Assembly (NCBI GenBank): GCA_977020255.1
Contig: CDROCS010000253.1
Coordinates: 1,984,001 to 2,048,000, forward strand
Length of the DNA stretch: 64,000 nucleotides
Direction of reading: 5' to 3'
DNA from: Obrimoposthia wandeli
Taxonomy: Eukaryota
The notes under the pieces were generated by a model. It had not been told where the DNA came from, did not search any database, and worked only from the letters and a program-made list of their open reading frames with translations. This document shows positions 28,918 to 38,878 of the stretch, in pieces; the stretch's first letter is position 1, and every line of letters starts with the position of its first letter. The translations under genes were made by a program, and so were the position numbers.

Positions 28918-31278
28918 TTACAGACCATTATGGTATTGCACATTGGTTGAATCCGGCACTAGCGAATTAAGCGTTTCTTTTATGATTGATTGTGCTGCTG
29001 TTTGCTCGTTTGATAGTGCATTCGAGTAGCCAACTGATTCGCTATTATTGTTTTTACCCTGCTCAAGTAATTGTTCAAATTGTTTGATAAGCATAGCTTT
29101 ATCTGGTGACTCTTTATCACCCGCGCCAATGTTGGTTAAATCAATCATGAAACCATCAAATAACTGCGTTAAGTCTTGGATTATTTCGGTATTTAAAAAC
29201 TGATCTTTATTATAAATACTTGGGTAGCCCGCTTTTTGTTTATCAATGGCAAAAGAAACCCCTTTAAGGTTGGTTATGCTCGTTGATTTATCGCACGACA
29301 ACATACAGCCATTATCAATACGCGGCTTTTCACAACCAACACTTTGTTGGAAGAAACACTGTCTGCTGGTCATTAATAAAATTGGGTGATAAACGCTGTA
29401 GAGCATTTTGAAGTTTTCAGGACGTGCGATAGTTTTCATTTGTTGGCGATTTATTTCATTGGAAATAAAAGCACCACTACAGTTGAAACCTTCTTTCATC
29501 GCTAATAATGCGTAAGAATTTGTTGTGTTTAAGAAAGGCCCTGCAATCCACTCGATTCCTAATTCAAAGGCTCTATTGGCGATACCTGTATTATTGGTGA
29601 CGATTAACTTAGGCTTAACTTGTTCTAAGATATTTACCGCAACATCGTAGTCTTTGCCAATTAATACCGACGGGAACCATGGAATAAGACGAGGGTTTTC
29701 TTGGAAAAAACTAACGAATTTAGTACAGCCACGTTTATACGCATCAGGCAGTTTGAAATAGATGTCGGCATCAGTTACATCGCCAAGGTTGATGTCATTT
29801 TCATCGCATATTAACAGCGATAATTTTGCACCAGTTTCTTTTTTAGCATGGCGTACTAGTTTGGGTAACTCTACTTCAGCTAATACCGATTTACCGTCAT
29901 TGAGTAAGGCGGCTATTTTATTTTTTAGTGCGGTAAGCTCTTTAAAAGGAATAGTGACACTTGCTGTAATATTGTCAGTAGTTAACTCGGTTAAGTTGAA
30001 CTCTGCGTTATTGAAACTTTTAAAGCGTTTTTCTATGGCACTATGATCAATGCAATTTTTTTCACTGGCGATAAGTGCACGTTGTGAATGCATAATATGC
30101 ACTTGCTCTTGTACCGTTTCTTCACTGAATCCTTGGGTTATTTTCTGGCCATGGGGTTCATTAATTTTTATCGTTACGGTTAATGGTTCGCCTACTTCAC
30201 CTGAGAATGCTAATGAGAGATTACGTTTATCGATACTTAGGTGTTTTATTTTATCAAATACATCCGCGTGTATTGCTTCTTTTTCATCATTTAAGCTTTG
30301 TTCAACGTCTTGAATTTGTACTACAGAGATCGCATTACTTTTATCAATAGCGTGGTATTTAGAGTTATCACGCGGGTTTTCAATAAACATCGATTGGTTT
30401 AAATCGCCACGTAAAAAGGCATTAGAAAAATCACGGTTAAATACTTTGTAAAGTCGTTCACCGTCTTCAAGTAATTCACCTGTTTCTACAAATCCGTCTA
30501 TTTGTTTGCGGAAACTATCAATAACGGTATGCACATAACTTGCACCCTTGATGCGTCCTTCCACTTTGAATGAATGAACACCTGCGTCGATTAGGGCCGG
30601 TAGATCAAAAAAGGCTGAGTTGTCTTTAATATTTAATGGGAATTTATTACCTGATTCGGTCGGTTTATATTCTTCGCGACACGCTTGGCTGCAACGGCCT
30701 CTATTACCTGAATTACCGACACTGGCTGAAGTGGAATAACATAAACCAGAGAAAGCGACACATAACGAGCCATGGACAAATACTTCGGTAAGTATATTTT
30801 CTTCAAGTGATACGGCAGTAATCGCGCTGATTTCTTTTAAGTCTAATTCACGAGATAAGTTAACTCGTGAGGCACCCAGCTTTTTCAAAAAAGGAATTTG
30901 ACCAATGTTATGCGTTGTTAACTGTGTTGAGGCGTGAATATCTAGGGTAGGGAAGTGCTTTTTAAGGATATAAAGCATGCCCAAATCTTGCACAATAACA
31001 CCATCAAGGGTGGTGTTAGCTAATTTACTCAACAATTTAGCTAGCGTTTTAAATTCTCGCTCTAGAATAATGATATTCAGTGTTAAGAATATTTGGCATT
31101 CATACTCATGTGCGAGCCTAATAATTCCAACGAGTTCATCAAAAGAAATATTAGCAGCACGGTTTCTCGCATTAAAGGTATCTAAACCGCAGTACACCGC
31201 ATCTGCGCCAGCAATAATAGCTGCTTTGATCGCGTCGATATCACCACCAGGGGCTAATAATTCTATTTTAGGACTCAT
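28918..31278 (-). CDS. Peptidase U32 family protein, long RlhA-like form (putative Fe-S RNA hydroxylase)
   Basis: ELLAPGG, GADAVY, FNARNRA, HASTQ, EVFVHGSLCVAFSGLC, NRGRCSQACR, FKVEGR; C-terminal Cys cluster CFFQQSVGC...CMLSC. Confidence 0.85.
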   Translation of the reverse strand: MSPKIELLAPGGDIDAIKAAIIAGADAVYCGLDTFNARNRAANISFDELVGIIRLAHEYECQIFLTLNIIILEREFKTLAKLLSKLANTTLDGVIVQDLGMLYILKKHFPTLDIHASTQLTTHNIGQIPFLKKLGASRVNLSRELDLKEISAITAVSLEENILTEVFVHGSLCVAFSGLCYSTSASVGNSGNRGRCSQACREEYKPTESGNKFPLNIKDNSAFFDLPALIDAGVHSFKVEGRIKGASYVHTVIDSFRKQIDGFVETGELLEDGERLYKVFNRDFSNAFLRGDLNQSMFIENPRDNSKYHAIDKSNAISVVQIQDVEQSLNDEKEAIHADVFDKIKHLSIDKRNLSLAFSGEVGEPLTVTIKINEPHGQKITQGFSEETVQEQVHIMHSQRALIASEKNCIDHSAIEKRFKSFNNAEFNLTELTTDNITASVTIPFKELTALKNKIAALLNDGKSVLAEVELPKLVRHAKKETGAKLSLLICDENDINLGDVTDADIYFKLPDAYKRGCTKFVSFFQENPRLIPWFPSVLIGKDYDVAVNILEQVKPKLIVTNNTGIANRAFELGIEWIAGPFLNTTNSYALLAMKEGFNCSGAFISNEINRQQMKTIARPENFKMLYSVYHPILLMTSRQCFFQQSVGCEKPRIDNGCMLSCDKSTSITNLKGVSFAIDKQKAGYPSIYNKDQFLNTEIIQDLTQLFDGFMIDLTNIGAGDKESPDKAMLIKQFEQLLEQGKNNNSESVGYSNALSNEQTAAQSIIKETLNSLVPDSTNVQYHNGL

Positions 31279-31422
31279 TTTACAACTTTAGCCAATTAAA
31301 CGGCGGTTAAATTTCAAAGGGGGGATTTTACTGGTAAAATGAGGCAATGAATACCGTTTAAGTCGCTTATTTATTCTGATTTTTATGATCATTAATAATT
31401 ACTGTACTGGAATACCCTATCA

Positions 31423-32124
31423 ATGAATGACACTTTTCATGAAAAAAGTAATAAAAATACTAGTGGTACGAGTACGTTACCCATTCTTTATTCCCTAAGA
31501 AATTGCCCTTATGCTATGCGTGCAAGACTTGCTATTTTTAAAGCGAAGCAGACGGTATTACTACGAGATTTGGTATTAAGTAACAAACCGGCAGAAATGA
31601 TAGCCGCTTCACCTAAAGGTACCGTGCCGGTATTAGTGCTAGCCAATGGCAAGGTAATCGAAGAAAGTTTAGAGGTGATGTTATGGGCACTACAACAAAC
31701 TGATCCTGATGATTTACTGCATTGTCACCAAGACTTTGCATTAGCAGAGATGCTTTTGCTCATTAATGAATTTGATATTAATTTTAAAATAAGCTTAGAA
31801 GCGTACAAGTGCGCTAAACGTTATCAAGAAGATAATATTGCCCAATGCCGAGCAGTTTGTCAGCAATACATACAACAATTAGAACAACGTTTAACTGAGC
31901 ATGCGTTTTTAATGTCAGATAAAGAAAGTTTGGCTGATATTGCGTTAATACCTTTTATACGACAATTCGCACGAATCGAACGCCAATGGTATTTGCAATC
32001 ACCTTACCCAATGGTAAGGCAATGGTTAAATAGTTATTTACAAAGTTCTATTTTTACTAAAGTGATGGCAAAACATCCATTGTGGGCAGATGAACCGCAA
32101 GATGTTTTATTTGGCGGAAACTAA
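31423..32124 (+). CDS. Glutathione S-transferase family protein
   Basis: LYSLRNCPYAMRARLA, SPKGTVPVL, ESLEVMLWAL, LADIALIPFIRQF. Confidence 0.9.
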   Translation: MNDTFHEKSNKNTSGTSTLPILYSLRNCPYAMRARLAIFKAKQTVLLRDLVLSNKPAEMIAASPKGTVPVLVLANGKVIEESLEVMLWALQQTDPDDLLHCHQDFALAEMLLLINEFDINFKISLEAYKCAKRYQEDNIAQCRAVCQQYIQQLEQRLTEHAFLMSDKESLADIALIPFIRQFARIERQWYLQSPYPMVRQWLNSYLQSSIFTKVMAKHPLWADEPQDVLFGGN

Positions 32125-32654
32125 GCCTGTACTGATTCGGTTAATAATTCACAGACAATACGCTTTAGTAAAAAAGTCTCACGTTCAATTGATAGGCCTT
32201 TTTTATCACTTTTAGCTATAGTCTCTTCGTTGTGGGCAATGGCCTGATGGATATTCATCCACACAGGATGCATACCGTTACTCAATTCATGGGCTTCAAG
32301 TTCAGGCTCAAGTAATTCATCATCAATGGTGCAGGTATAACAATAAGATTGCATATGCATAATATCAAAGCCTTCTTTATGCCATGGCCTAAATTCTTCA
32401 TAAAGACCAAAGGCTTCAATATTTTTAACACTATGCGCGCCAGTTTCTTCTTTTAGCTCACGAATAAGTCCATCGACATTACTTTCACCCTTATCAATAC
32501 CACCACCAGGTAAGCTATAGTCGTGATAACGTTTGGTATAAAGTAGCAATATATTCTCACCATTAAGCACAATAGCTCTCGTCGCTTTTCGAGTGAAACT
32601 ACCCGCTGAAAGATCAGTTATATCAGGATGAATTGTGGATTTGAGTAAACGCAT
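32121..32654 (-). CDS. NUDIX hydrolase
   Basis: Nudix box GGGIDKGESNVDGLIRELKEETG. Confidence 0.92.
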   Translation of the reverse strand: MRLLKSTIHPDITDLSAGSFTRKATRAIVLNGENILLLYTKRYHDYSLPGGGIDKGESNVDGLIRELKEETGAHSVKNIEAFGLYEEFRPWHKEGFDIMHMQSYCYTCTIDDELLEPELEAHELSNGMHPVWMNIHQAIAHNEETIAKSDKKGLSIERETFLLKRIVCELLTESVQA

Positions 32655-32846
32655 AATAGGCTAGTGTATCAGGTAGTGATTAATATTTATTGATATTAAA
32701 TGGGGGCTTGCCCCTGTCATATCAAGTTAGCAAATACCATGGTGAAGTAATTAATGCTCGCAGAGGATCTTGCAATGGAGACGTTGAAGTCGTGTTAACC
32801 ATGGTTAGCGCGACAGTTTTGTAACCTAGTGTATCTTCAAACAAAG

Positions 32847-33050
32847 TTATAGTGTTTCAACTTCATCATGAAAGATATCTTCAATCATTAAATTAAATAG
32901 TCTTGCAGCTTTAAATGCTAGTGGTAAGCTTGGATCAAACTTACCTTTTTCAATTGCATTGATTGTTTGTCTTGATACTTCTAGAGCACTAGCAAGTTGA
33001 GCTTGTGTCCAGTCACGTTCAGCACGTAATACTTTTAAGCGGTTTTTCAT
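32847..33050 (-). CDS. XRE/Cro-family HTH transcriptional regulator
   Basis: MKNRLKVLRAERDWTQAQLA...VSRQTINAIEKGKFDPSLPLAF; overlaps the upstream gene stop by 4 nt. Confidence 0.93.
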   Translation of the reverse strand: MKNRLKVLRAERDWTQAQLASALEVSRQTINAIEKGKFDPSLPLAFKAARLFNLMIEDIFHDEVETL

Positions 33051-33469
33051 TGGTACTTCCTATGACCAGCAATCATCGCTGTTAAATAGGTAAGGCACAT
33101 AACAATAATTAAATGAGATATTTCAGGCTCAAAGCCAATCAGTTTAATATCTTCTAACAATTCATAACTTAGACCTAATACTAATCCAACACCTAAGGTG
33201 AAAGCCATTGCATCAAAAAGTATTTTTTGCTGCATTTCGTCTAAACCACGTAAATAGTCTCTATTAGCAACTAACATTCGAAAACCAACAGCTAAATTAA
33301 TTAACAAGGTAATAATGGTTAAGCTTGTATTAAAATCCCAAATAAATCGTGGCGCAAAAGCGGCGATGGCCATAGTAATAACCCAAACAGTTGTCCAATT
33401 TCTTAATGTTCTGGTATTAGCATTATTTTTTGCTTGGTAATTATTATGTTCACAATCTTGCTTTGTCAT
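33047..33469 (-). CDS. Small integral membrane protein co-translated with the XRE regulator
   Basis: Four hydrophobic segments and a LDEMQQKI motif; ATGA overlap with the HTH gene. Confidence 0.8.
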   Translation of the reverse strand: MTKQDCEHNNYQAKNNANTRTLRNWTTVWVITMAIAAFAPRFIWDFNTSLTIITLLINLAVGFRMLVANRDYLRGLDEMQQKILFDAMAFTLGVGLVLGLSYELLEDIKLIGFEPEISHLIIVMCLTYLTAMIAGHRKYQ

Positions 33470-33492
33470 AAGTCAGCTCTCTTTGATTTTTT

Positions 33493-33550
33493 GTAAAGTT
33501 TATTTGACTTTATTGTAGGGTTTTTGTTTTGTAAGTCAAGTATACTTTAC
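33493..33550 (-). promoter_or_regulatory. Sigma70 promoter flanked by two pseudo-palindromic operators
   Basis: Minus-strand TTGACT (33539-33534), 16 bp, TACAAT (33517-33512). Boxes GTAAAG-TTTA-TTTGAC (33493-33508) and GTCAAG-TATA-CTTTAC (33535-33550) approximate GTAAAG-N4-CTTTAC. Confidence 0.62.
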
Positions 33551-33744
33551 AAAAAGAATGGTCTTGTAGTCTTTCTTAGATGATTACATCGGCATAGAGG
33601 TAACAAAAGTTAGCTAATTAAAGTTAAAGTTGGGTATAATTCGGTAGGCATTGCGTTGTCTTTACCATATTAAATTTTTGATTCGTATGCGAAAAATGCA
33701 ACACTTATATTATTTTCACTTATCCGTTATTTTGAAATAACATC

Positions 33745-35100
33745 TTGAGGATCTCCCCCTTGCATAAACATTTAATCTCTCCTTTATTGTTAACCCTTTT
33801 TCTTCAAGGTTGCGGTGGTGATTCATCATCATCGCCTGAAGTGCCAGTAGACCCAGTTGAATACACTTTCTCATTAACTGCACAATTGACTAATGACTGT
33901 GGTGTAACAAGTGCCTTTAGTGACGTGGAACTCTTACTTCAAGATGATACTTGGCAAACTCTCAGTACTTATAAAGCGGATGAAAGTGGTGTAATAAGTT
34001 TTGTTACTGAAAGTGAGTTTATAAACTACACGCTAGTGGCGAAAGATCAGCAGGGTAGTGAGGCACAAGGCTTAAATGTAGTGAGTTTTTATCAAGCCAA
34101 TAGTGCAACACCGTCGCACTATCAAGCACAGTTTGATGAGTTAGTAGATAATACTAGTTGTGAATGTGTGACTAAGAATCTTGAGCTTTCTCACCGTCCT
34201 TTTGTTACACAAACGGAAGTAACTAGTTCATTACCTTTTGACAACTGGAATGAGATTGATGACAGTACTACTTTATTTGAAGGTGTGAAGGTATGTCGTG
34301 CTATTGATGCTGAATGGCCTTTACATTCTTTTTCTGTGAAGGGAACTGATGCTAATCAAAAATCGATAGCTGCTGCCGATTTTTCAAGTGACTTTACTGA
34401 AAATGTAGCAGGCGTTTGGGCTTTATCGGCTTTTCAAGTAGCGGATGCGGTTGACTTAGTCATGCCACATCAGGCATTTAATACCAACCAAATTATTGGC
34501 AGTTCAAAACACTTCCCTGCTGTTGTTGCTAAAGAAGATGAAAGCTTGTTAGTTTTTGATACGCACAATTATATCAGTGAAGCTCATTATCAATCTCAAG
34601 CCAGTGTAACCTTTGTGCCTAGTGACTCTATTTTTCGTAGTTCAGTCATTAAGACTCATCAGCAAATAATATCAACTAGCGCAGAAGAGTCCTTAGCGGT
34701 AAAAGCTAATGAGCAACAGCCCGCTTTTAACGAACCATACTTTGACGAAATCAAATCCGATGGCAGTTATGACTATAGTGCAGTATCAGGGTTTCCAATG
34801 GCAATGATTAACTTTACTTTTACGGCTTATGACCCGATTACAAAATTACTAATGCCTGCTCAATGGACATTTTATGGTCCTGAAAAAGGCCAGTTAGCTA
34901 TCAGTGGCCGACTTACTGGCTATGAAGATATTATTAATATTGACTCGCATATAGAAACAACAGAAGTACGATTAATCAGAAGTGCAATAACTAAGAATTA
35001 CCATGATTACATTAAAAATTATCAAGGTGAGAGTGTTTTAGATATGAGTAGTGACTTTGTTAAAAATATTAAAGAAGTAGAGCTTATTCTTAAGTTTTAA
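33745..35100 (+). CDS. Uncharacterised lipoprotein
   Basis: 451-aa ORF, TTG start, lipobox LQGC followed by a GGDSSSSPE linker; no family motif recognised. Confidence 0.78.
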   Translation: MRISPLHKHLISPLLLTLFLQGCGGDSSSSPEVPVDPVEYTFSLTAQLTNDCGVTSAFSDVELLLQDDTWQTLSTYKADESGVISFVTESEFINYTLVAKDQQGSEAQGLNVVSFYQANSATPSHYQAQFDELVDNTSCECVTKNLELSHRPFVTQTEVTSSLPFDNWNEIDDSTTLFEGVKVCRAIDAEWPLHSFSVKGTDANQKSIAAADFSSDFTENVAGVWALSAFQVADAVDLVMPHQAFNTNQIIGSSKHFPAVVAKEDESLLVFDTHNYISEAHYQSQASVTFVPSDSIFRSSVIKTHQQIISTSAEESLAVKANEQQPAFNEPYFDEIKSDGSYDYSAVSGFPMAMINFTFTAYDPITKLLMPAQWTFYGPEKGQLAISGRLTGYEDIINIDSHIETTEVRLIRSAITKNYHDYIKNYQGESVLDMSSDFVKNIKEVELILKF

Positions 35101-35131
35101 TTCACTCTTTTAAAAGTTAATCTCAGTAAAT

Positions 35132-35158
35132 AAAAAAGCCTGCAATTGCAGGCTTTTT
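35132..35158. terminator. Bidirectional intrinsic terminator between the lipoprotein gene and btuB
   Basis: AAAAAAGCCTGCAATTGCAGGCTTTTT. Confidence 0.85.
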
Positions 35159-35168
35159 GTAATAATAT

Positions 35169-37046
35169 TTATTTTAAATATTTATAATCTAGTGTCAGAG
35201 TGTAACCACGCTCTGAACCAGGGTATTCACTTGAGGTTTGATAATCTTTGTCAGTTAAGTTTGTTACTTTCGCTAATAAACTTACTTGGTTATTTAGTCG
35301 GTAATTTAAACCAACATCAAGTAAAGTAAAGGCTTTAAGTGTTTTTTCTGTGTCGTTAGCACCGTCATATCGACTACCTTGATAGTTTACATCAAAGGTA
35401 AAGTCTAACTGTTTGAGTGAGTAGACAAAGTTATAATTGGCAGAAAAATTTGGTCGTCTAGCTAACTGATGATCTGTCGTTTTATCTTCAGCATCAACAT
35501 GACTTAATGTTAACGTGTTGTTGGTGTCAAATATATCAGCATTGAATGTTGCTTCAGCACCTAATATTTTAGCTTTTGCAACATTTGAAGGCTTATAAGC
35601 ACCTGATGCAGTAGGCGCCCATTCTATCAAGTTATCAATATCTGATTGGTAAATTGATATTTCTGCAGAGAGGATATCATTTTGAAAACGTGCTAAAAAT
35701 TCAGAGCTATCGGCAGTTTCAGAGATTAAATCAGGATTGCCTTGCCAAGGGTAATATAAGTCATTAAAGCTAGGGGCTTTGAAAGCAGTACCGTGGCTTA
35801 AAGAGAATAATAGTTGGTCATTAACTTGGTAACCAGCAGCCACTTGATACGTTGTTTCGCTATCAATATCGCCAACTTTATCATAACGGACAGAGGCTTC
35901 TAATTTTACCTGTTCAATATCATGACGACCCGTGATAAAAACTGCGCTAGCATCTCTATCCGTTTCATCATATTCTTTATTACTCTCAATGCTTTCTGTA
36001 TACCACTCAACACCTGCAGTAACTTCTGATGATTCAGCTAAAGGTAATTGAGCTAAGGCTGTTACTTGTTCACGGCTTGTAGTAAATAAGCTATTTTTAT
36101 TACTACTACCATTTGAAGTGTTGTACTTACTGTAGTTATCTTCAGTGCTGTCTTGTGAGGTACTTAAACCTAATTGCAAATACAGCTGTTCTAACTGAAG
36201 ATGGTTTCTTAATAGAAAGTGGTAGTTTTCGTAAGTGGTTTCGTCACCAATATCTTGAGTAGTTAAGCATAACAATGTTCTGTGGCCTTGGTGTACTGTG
36301 ATGTCCACTTAAATTCCAGCGCATAATCATAAATCACTCGTATAACCCAGACCCAACTTACAGATTGGCGGTCATAGCCATCTGCATCATTTTGGTCAAC
36401 GGTATATTTGCTACTACATAGGCGATCTATCATCATCAACAGTGAAGTCATTATTTGTTATATCATAACTATCAGTTGTTTCTTTACTAACACTGAATGT
36501 TGTAGCGCCATATGATAAAGCTATTACGCCTACTTTTATTCTACCTGGCTTGGTATTCACCACCTAATCACGTAAAATTTGGATTACACCACCAATAGCA
36601 TCAGAACCCCATAAAGCAGCTCTAGGTCCTTTAATAACTTCTACACGCTCAACTAACTGTACAGGTATCGCAGCAAGATTCTTGAGCCCAAGAGCCGGTT
36701 AACCGTGAATTCGAACACCATCGACTAAAAATAAGCTATGTGTTGAATTAGTTCCACGAACAAAAATCGAGGTGTTCTGTACCTTGCTGCATATCGATAT
36801 ACCGGGTACAACTCGGCCAAGTTCAGCAATAGATTTAGGTTGAATACGATCTATATCTATACGCGTGATAATAGATACCGTTGACATGACTTCATCTGTT
36901 GACTGTTTATATGGGTTAGCCGTAATGACCATATTTTCATCAGCTTTAATGGTGTTATCAATCGTTGTAGCGCTATTTTGCTCTGCAAAAGAAAGTGATG
37001 AGTAAAGTAGGCTGCTGATACTTAGTGCTATTAATGTTTTTTTCAT
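35169..37046 (-). pseudogene. btuB: Disrupted TonB-dependent cobalamin receptor BtuB
   Basis: ATG 37046 with signal peptide and plug motifs (VITAN, FVRGTNSTH, LVDGVR); in-frame TAA at 36699, then [31 protein letters not shown], further stops and frameshifts to about 36260; barrel C-half (FKAPSFNDLY, GNPDL, LARRP) in ORF 35169-36308. Total span about 626 codons. Confidence 0.88.
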
Positions 37047-37093
37047 GTTTTCCTCAGTTATAAGCACCCACCGTGCTTACAATGATAAATTAA

Positions 37094-37246
37094 ATTTTAG
37101 GCCGGTCTCCGGACTCGAGTTACCAATAATTGATAACTCGTACCGTTGCGGGGGCAGTATTGGTTTAATCAATTTCCCGTTTCACCCTCAGTTATGACTG
37201 CCGTAATTTTATTACTGACAAATTAAACTATTAGGCACCTAAAATA
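37094..37246 (-). promoter_or_regulatory. Cobalamin riboswitch, short form lacking the peripheral extension, upstream of btuB
   Basis: Minus strand: TTTTAGGTG...GAAACGGGAAATTGATTAAACCAATACTGCCCCCGCAACGGTA-(CGAGTTA..TAACTCG hairpin)-GAGTCCGGAGACCGGCCTAAAA; a TAAGCAC/GTGCTTA hairpin follows before the SD. Confidence 0.93.
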
Positions 37247-37267
37247 CTTCGTAGTGACTAGCGTTTG

Positions 37268-38176
37268 CTAGCTATGTTTTTGTTGCAAAATCGTCCTTGT
37301 TTGGTCGATTGATGCACACAAATCTTTTAACGCCGTTAAGCTTCGTATTGTCATACGGTGCATTGCATCGGCATCAGGTTGTAATATATGTTTATTGGCT
37401 ACTGCAGGAATTATTGGCCAATCTTGCCAATTAAAACCTTCGCGCTCTGTTTGGTTTACTGATAATGGTTGAATAATAAGTTGTACTGAAGCAGGTAATA
37501 CTTGCTCAATACTAATTTGCGGGTACGGTGTTATGACCTGTTTAAAAGGATTTTTTACTTTACATATATTTAAAAATTGTTGAGGCCAACTACCTTTTGC
37601 TACGGTTGTTAAGGGTCTAGACCAAAGCTCATAAAAACCAGTGATTTCTGTTTTATTTTGATAAGTTTTTTTTATTTTAGCTAATGATTGCTCAAACTCT
37701 TTCGCCACTTGTTCACCTTGTGTTGTGTGACCGGTAATTTTAGCAAAGCGACGTACTTCGTGTGCGATATCTGAAAACGTGCGAGGTTGCGAGTAAATAA
37801 TGTTGAAACCAAGTTGTTCTAATCGCGCTATATCATCACTAGGGCTACCACTTTTCCAAGCAATAATTAAATCAGGCTGTAATTCAATAACACGTTCAAG
37901 TTGTAAGCGAACATAACTACCTATTCGTGGTATTTTCTTTGCTTGTTCAGGGTAATCAGCAAATGTTGTGGTGCCAATAATTTGCTCGCCAGCGCCAATA
38001 TCATAAAGCATTTCAACAATGTGAGGGGCAAGGGCTATGATCGTTGGTTTACTTTTTTGTTTATTAGCTGCGTTACTTGCAGTGTTAACACTCTCTTGAC
38101 TCAGTTCTTTATAAGGCAAAGAAAAAACTGAGTTTGAAATTAATAATAAAGTAAAAAGTAGTGAGGTTAATTTCAT
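37268..38176 (-). CDS. btuF: Periplasmic cobalamin-binding protein BtuF
   Basis: Signal peptide; IALAPHIVEMLYDIGAG, LERVIELQPDLIIAW, paired Cys in the C-lobe; B12 operon context. Confidence 0.88.
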   Translation of the reverse strand: MKLTSLLFTLLLISNSVFSLPYKELSQESVNTASNAANKQKSKPTIIALAPHIVEMLYDIGAGEQIIGTTTFADYPEQAKKIPRIGSYVRLQLERVIELQPDLIIAWKSGSPSDDIARLEQLGFNIIYSQPRTFSDIAHEVRRFAKITGHTTQGEQVAKEFEQSLAKIKKTYQNKTEITGFYELWSRPLTTVAKGSWPQQFLNICKVKNPFKQVITPYPQISIEQVLPASVQLIIQPLSVNQTEREGFNWQDWPIIPAVANKHILQPDADAMHRMTIRSLTALKDLCASIDQTRTILQQKHS

Positions 38177-38204
38177 TATGTTGATTCTATGTGGTGATAA
38201 ATTA

Positions 38205-38234
38205 GAAAGCTAACATTATAAAATGTTAGCTTTC
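38205..38234. terminator. Perfect 12-bp hairpin between cobO copy 2 and btuF
   Basis: GAAAGCTAACAT-TATAAA-ATGTTAGCTTTC; weak U-tail, so it may be a stabilising stem rather than a terminator. Confidence 0.5.
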
Positions 38235-38260
38235 AGTTACTGTAAAGGGAGTAAGAACCT

Positions 38261-38878
38261 TTACCAATCAATGCCTTTTTGCGCTTTAATACCGCTATCA
38301 AAAGCATGCTTGATTGATTGAACTTCACTTACCGTATCGGCAAGTTCAATAATGGCGCGATGACAAGCACGGCCGGTAATAATAACGTGTTGGTGCTTAG
38401 GGCGATTATTTAATACTTCAATCACCTCATCTAAATCTAAGTATTTATACGACAACATATAGGTCATTTCATCGAGTAAAACTAAATCAAGGTTAGGGTC
38501 GCTGAGCAACTCTTTACATGTCAGCCACACTTGTTTTGCTGCGGTGATATCTTTTTCTTTGTCTTGAGTATTCCAAGTAAAACCTGTACCCATCACACTA
38601 AATTTTACACCTGCATTTTCAAGTAATTGTCGCTCACCACAAGCCCATGTGCCTTTAATGAATTGTGCCACTGCAGCATTAAGACCATGACCCACAGCAC
38701 GGGCAACAGTACCAAAACCAGAGGTACTTTTTCCTTTACCATTACCAGTGATGACAATAAGTAAACCGCGCTCGTCAGTTGCACTATCAATACGAGAATC
38801 CACTTTCTCTTTTAATTTTTGCATTCTTTGTTTGTGGTTATCAGCCATGTTGCTGTCAGTTGTTTTTTTATCAGTCAT
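38261..38878 (-). CDS. cobO: Corrinoid adenosyltransferase CobO/BtuR, copy 2
   Basis: TGNGKGKSTSGFG, AQFIKG, LLDEMTY, ITGR, KHAFDSGIKAQKGIDW. Confidence 0.95.
   Translation of the reverse strand: MTDKKTTDSNMADNHKQRMQKLKEKVDSRIDSATDERGLLIVITGNGKGKSTSGFGTVARAVGHGLNAAVAQFIKGTWACGERQLLENAGVKFSVMGTGFTWNTQDKEKDITAAKQVWLTCKELLSDPNLDLVLLDEMTYMLSYKYLDLDEVIEVLNNRPKHQHVIITGRACHRAIIELADTVSEVQSIKHAFDSGIKAQKGIDW

Noticed and set aside
32690-32825. Possible TOBE-like gene fragment (HGEVINARRGSCNGDVEVVL) and ACCATGGT repeat
   Set aside because: Too short, with no start signal; the resemblance could be chance.
36263-36451. 62-aa ORF between the btuB fragments as a separate gene
   Set aside because: It is a frameshifted internal piece of btuB (DADGYDRQS).
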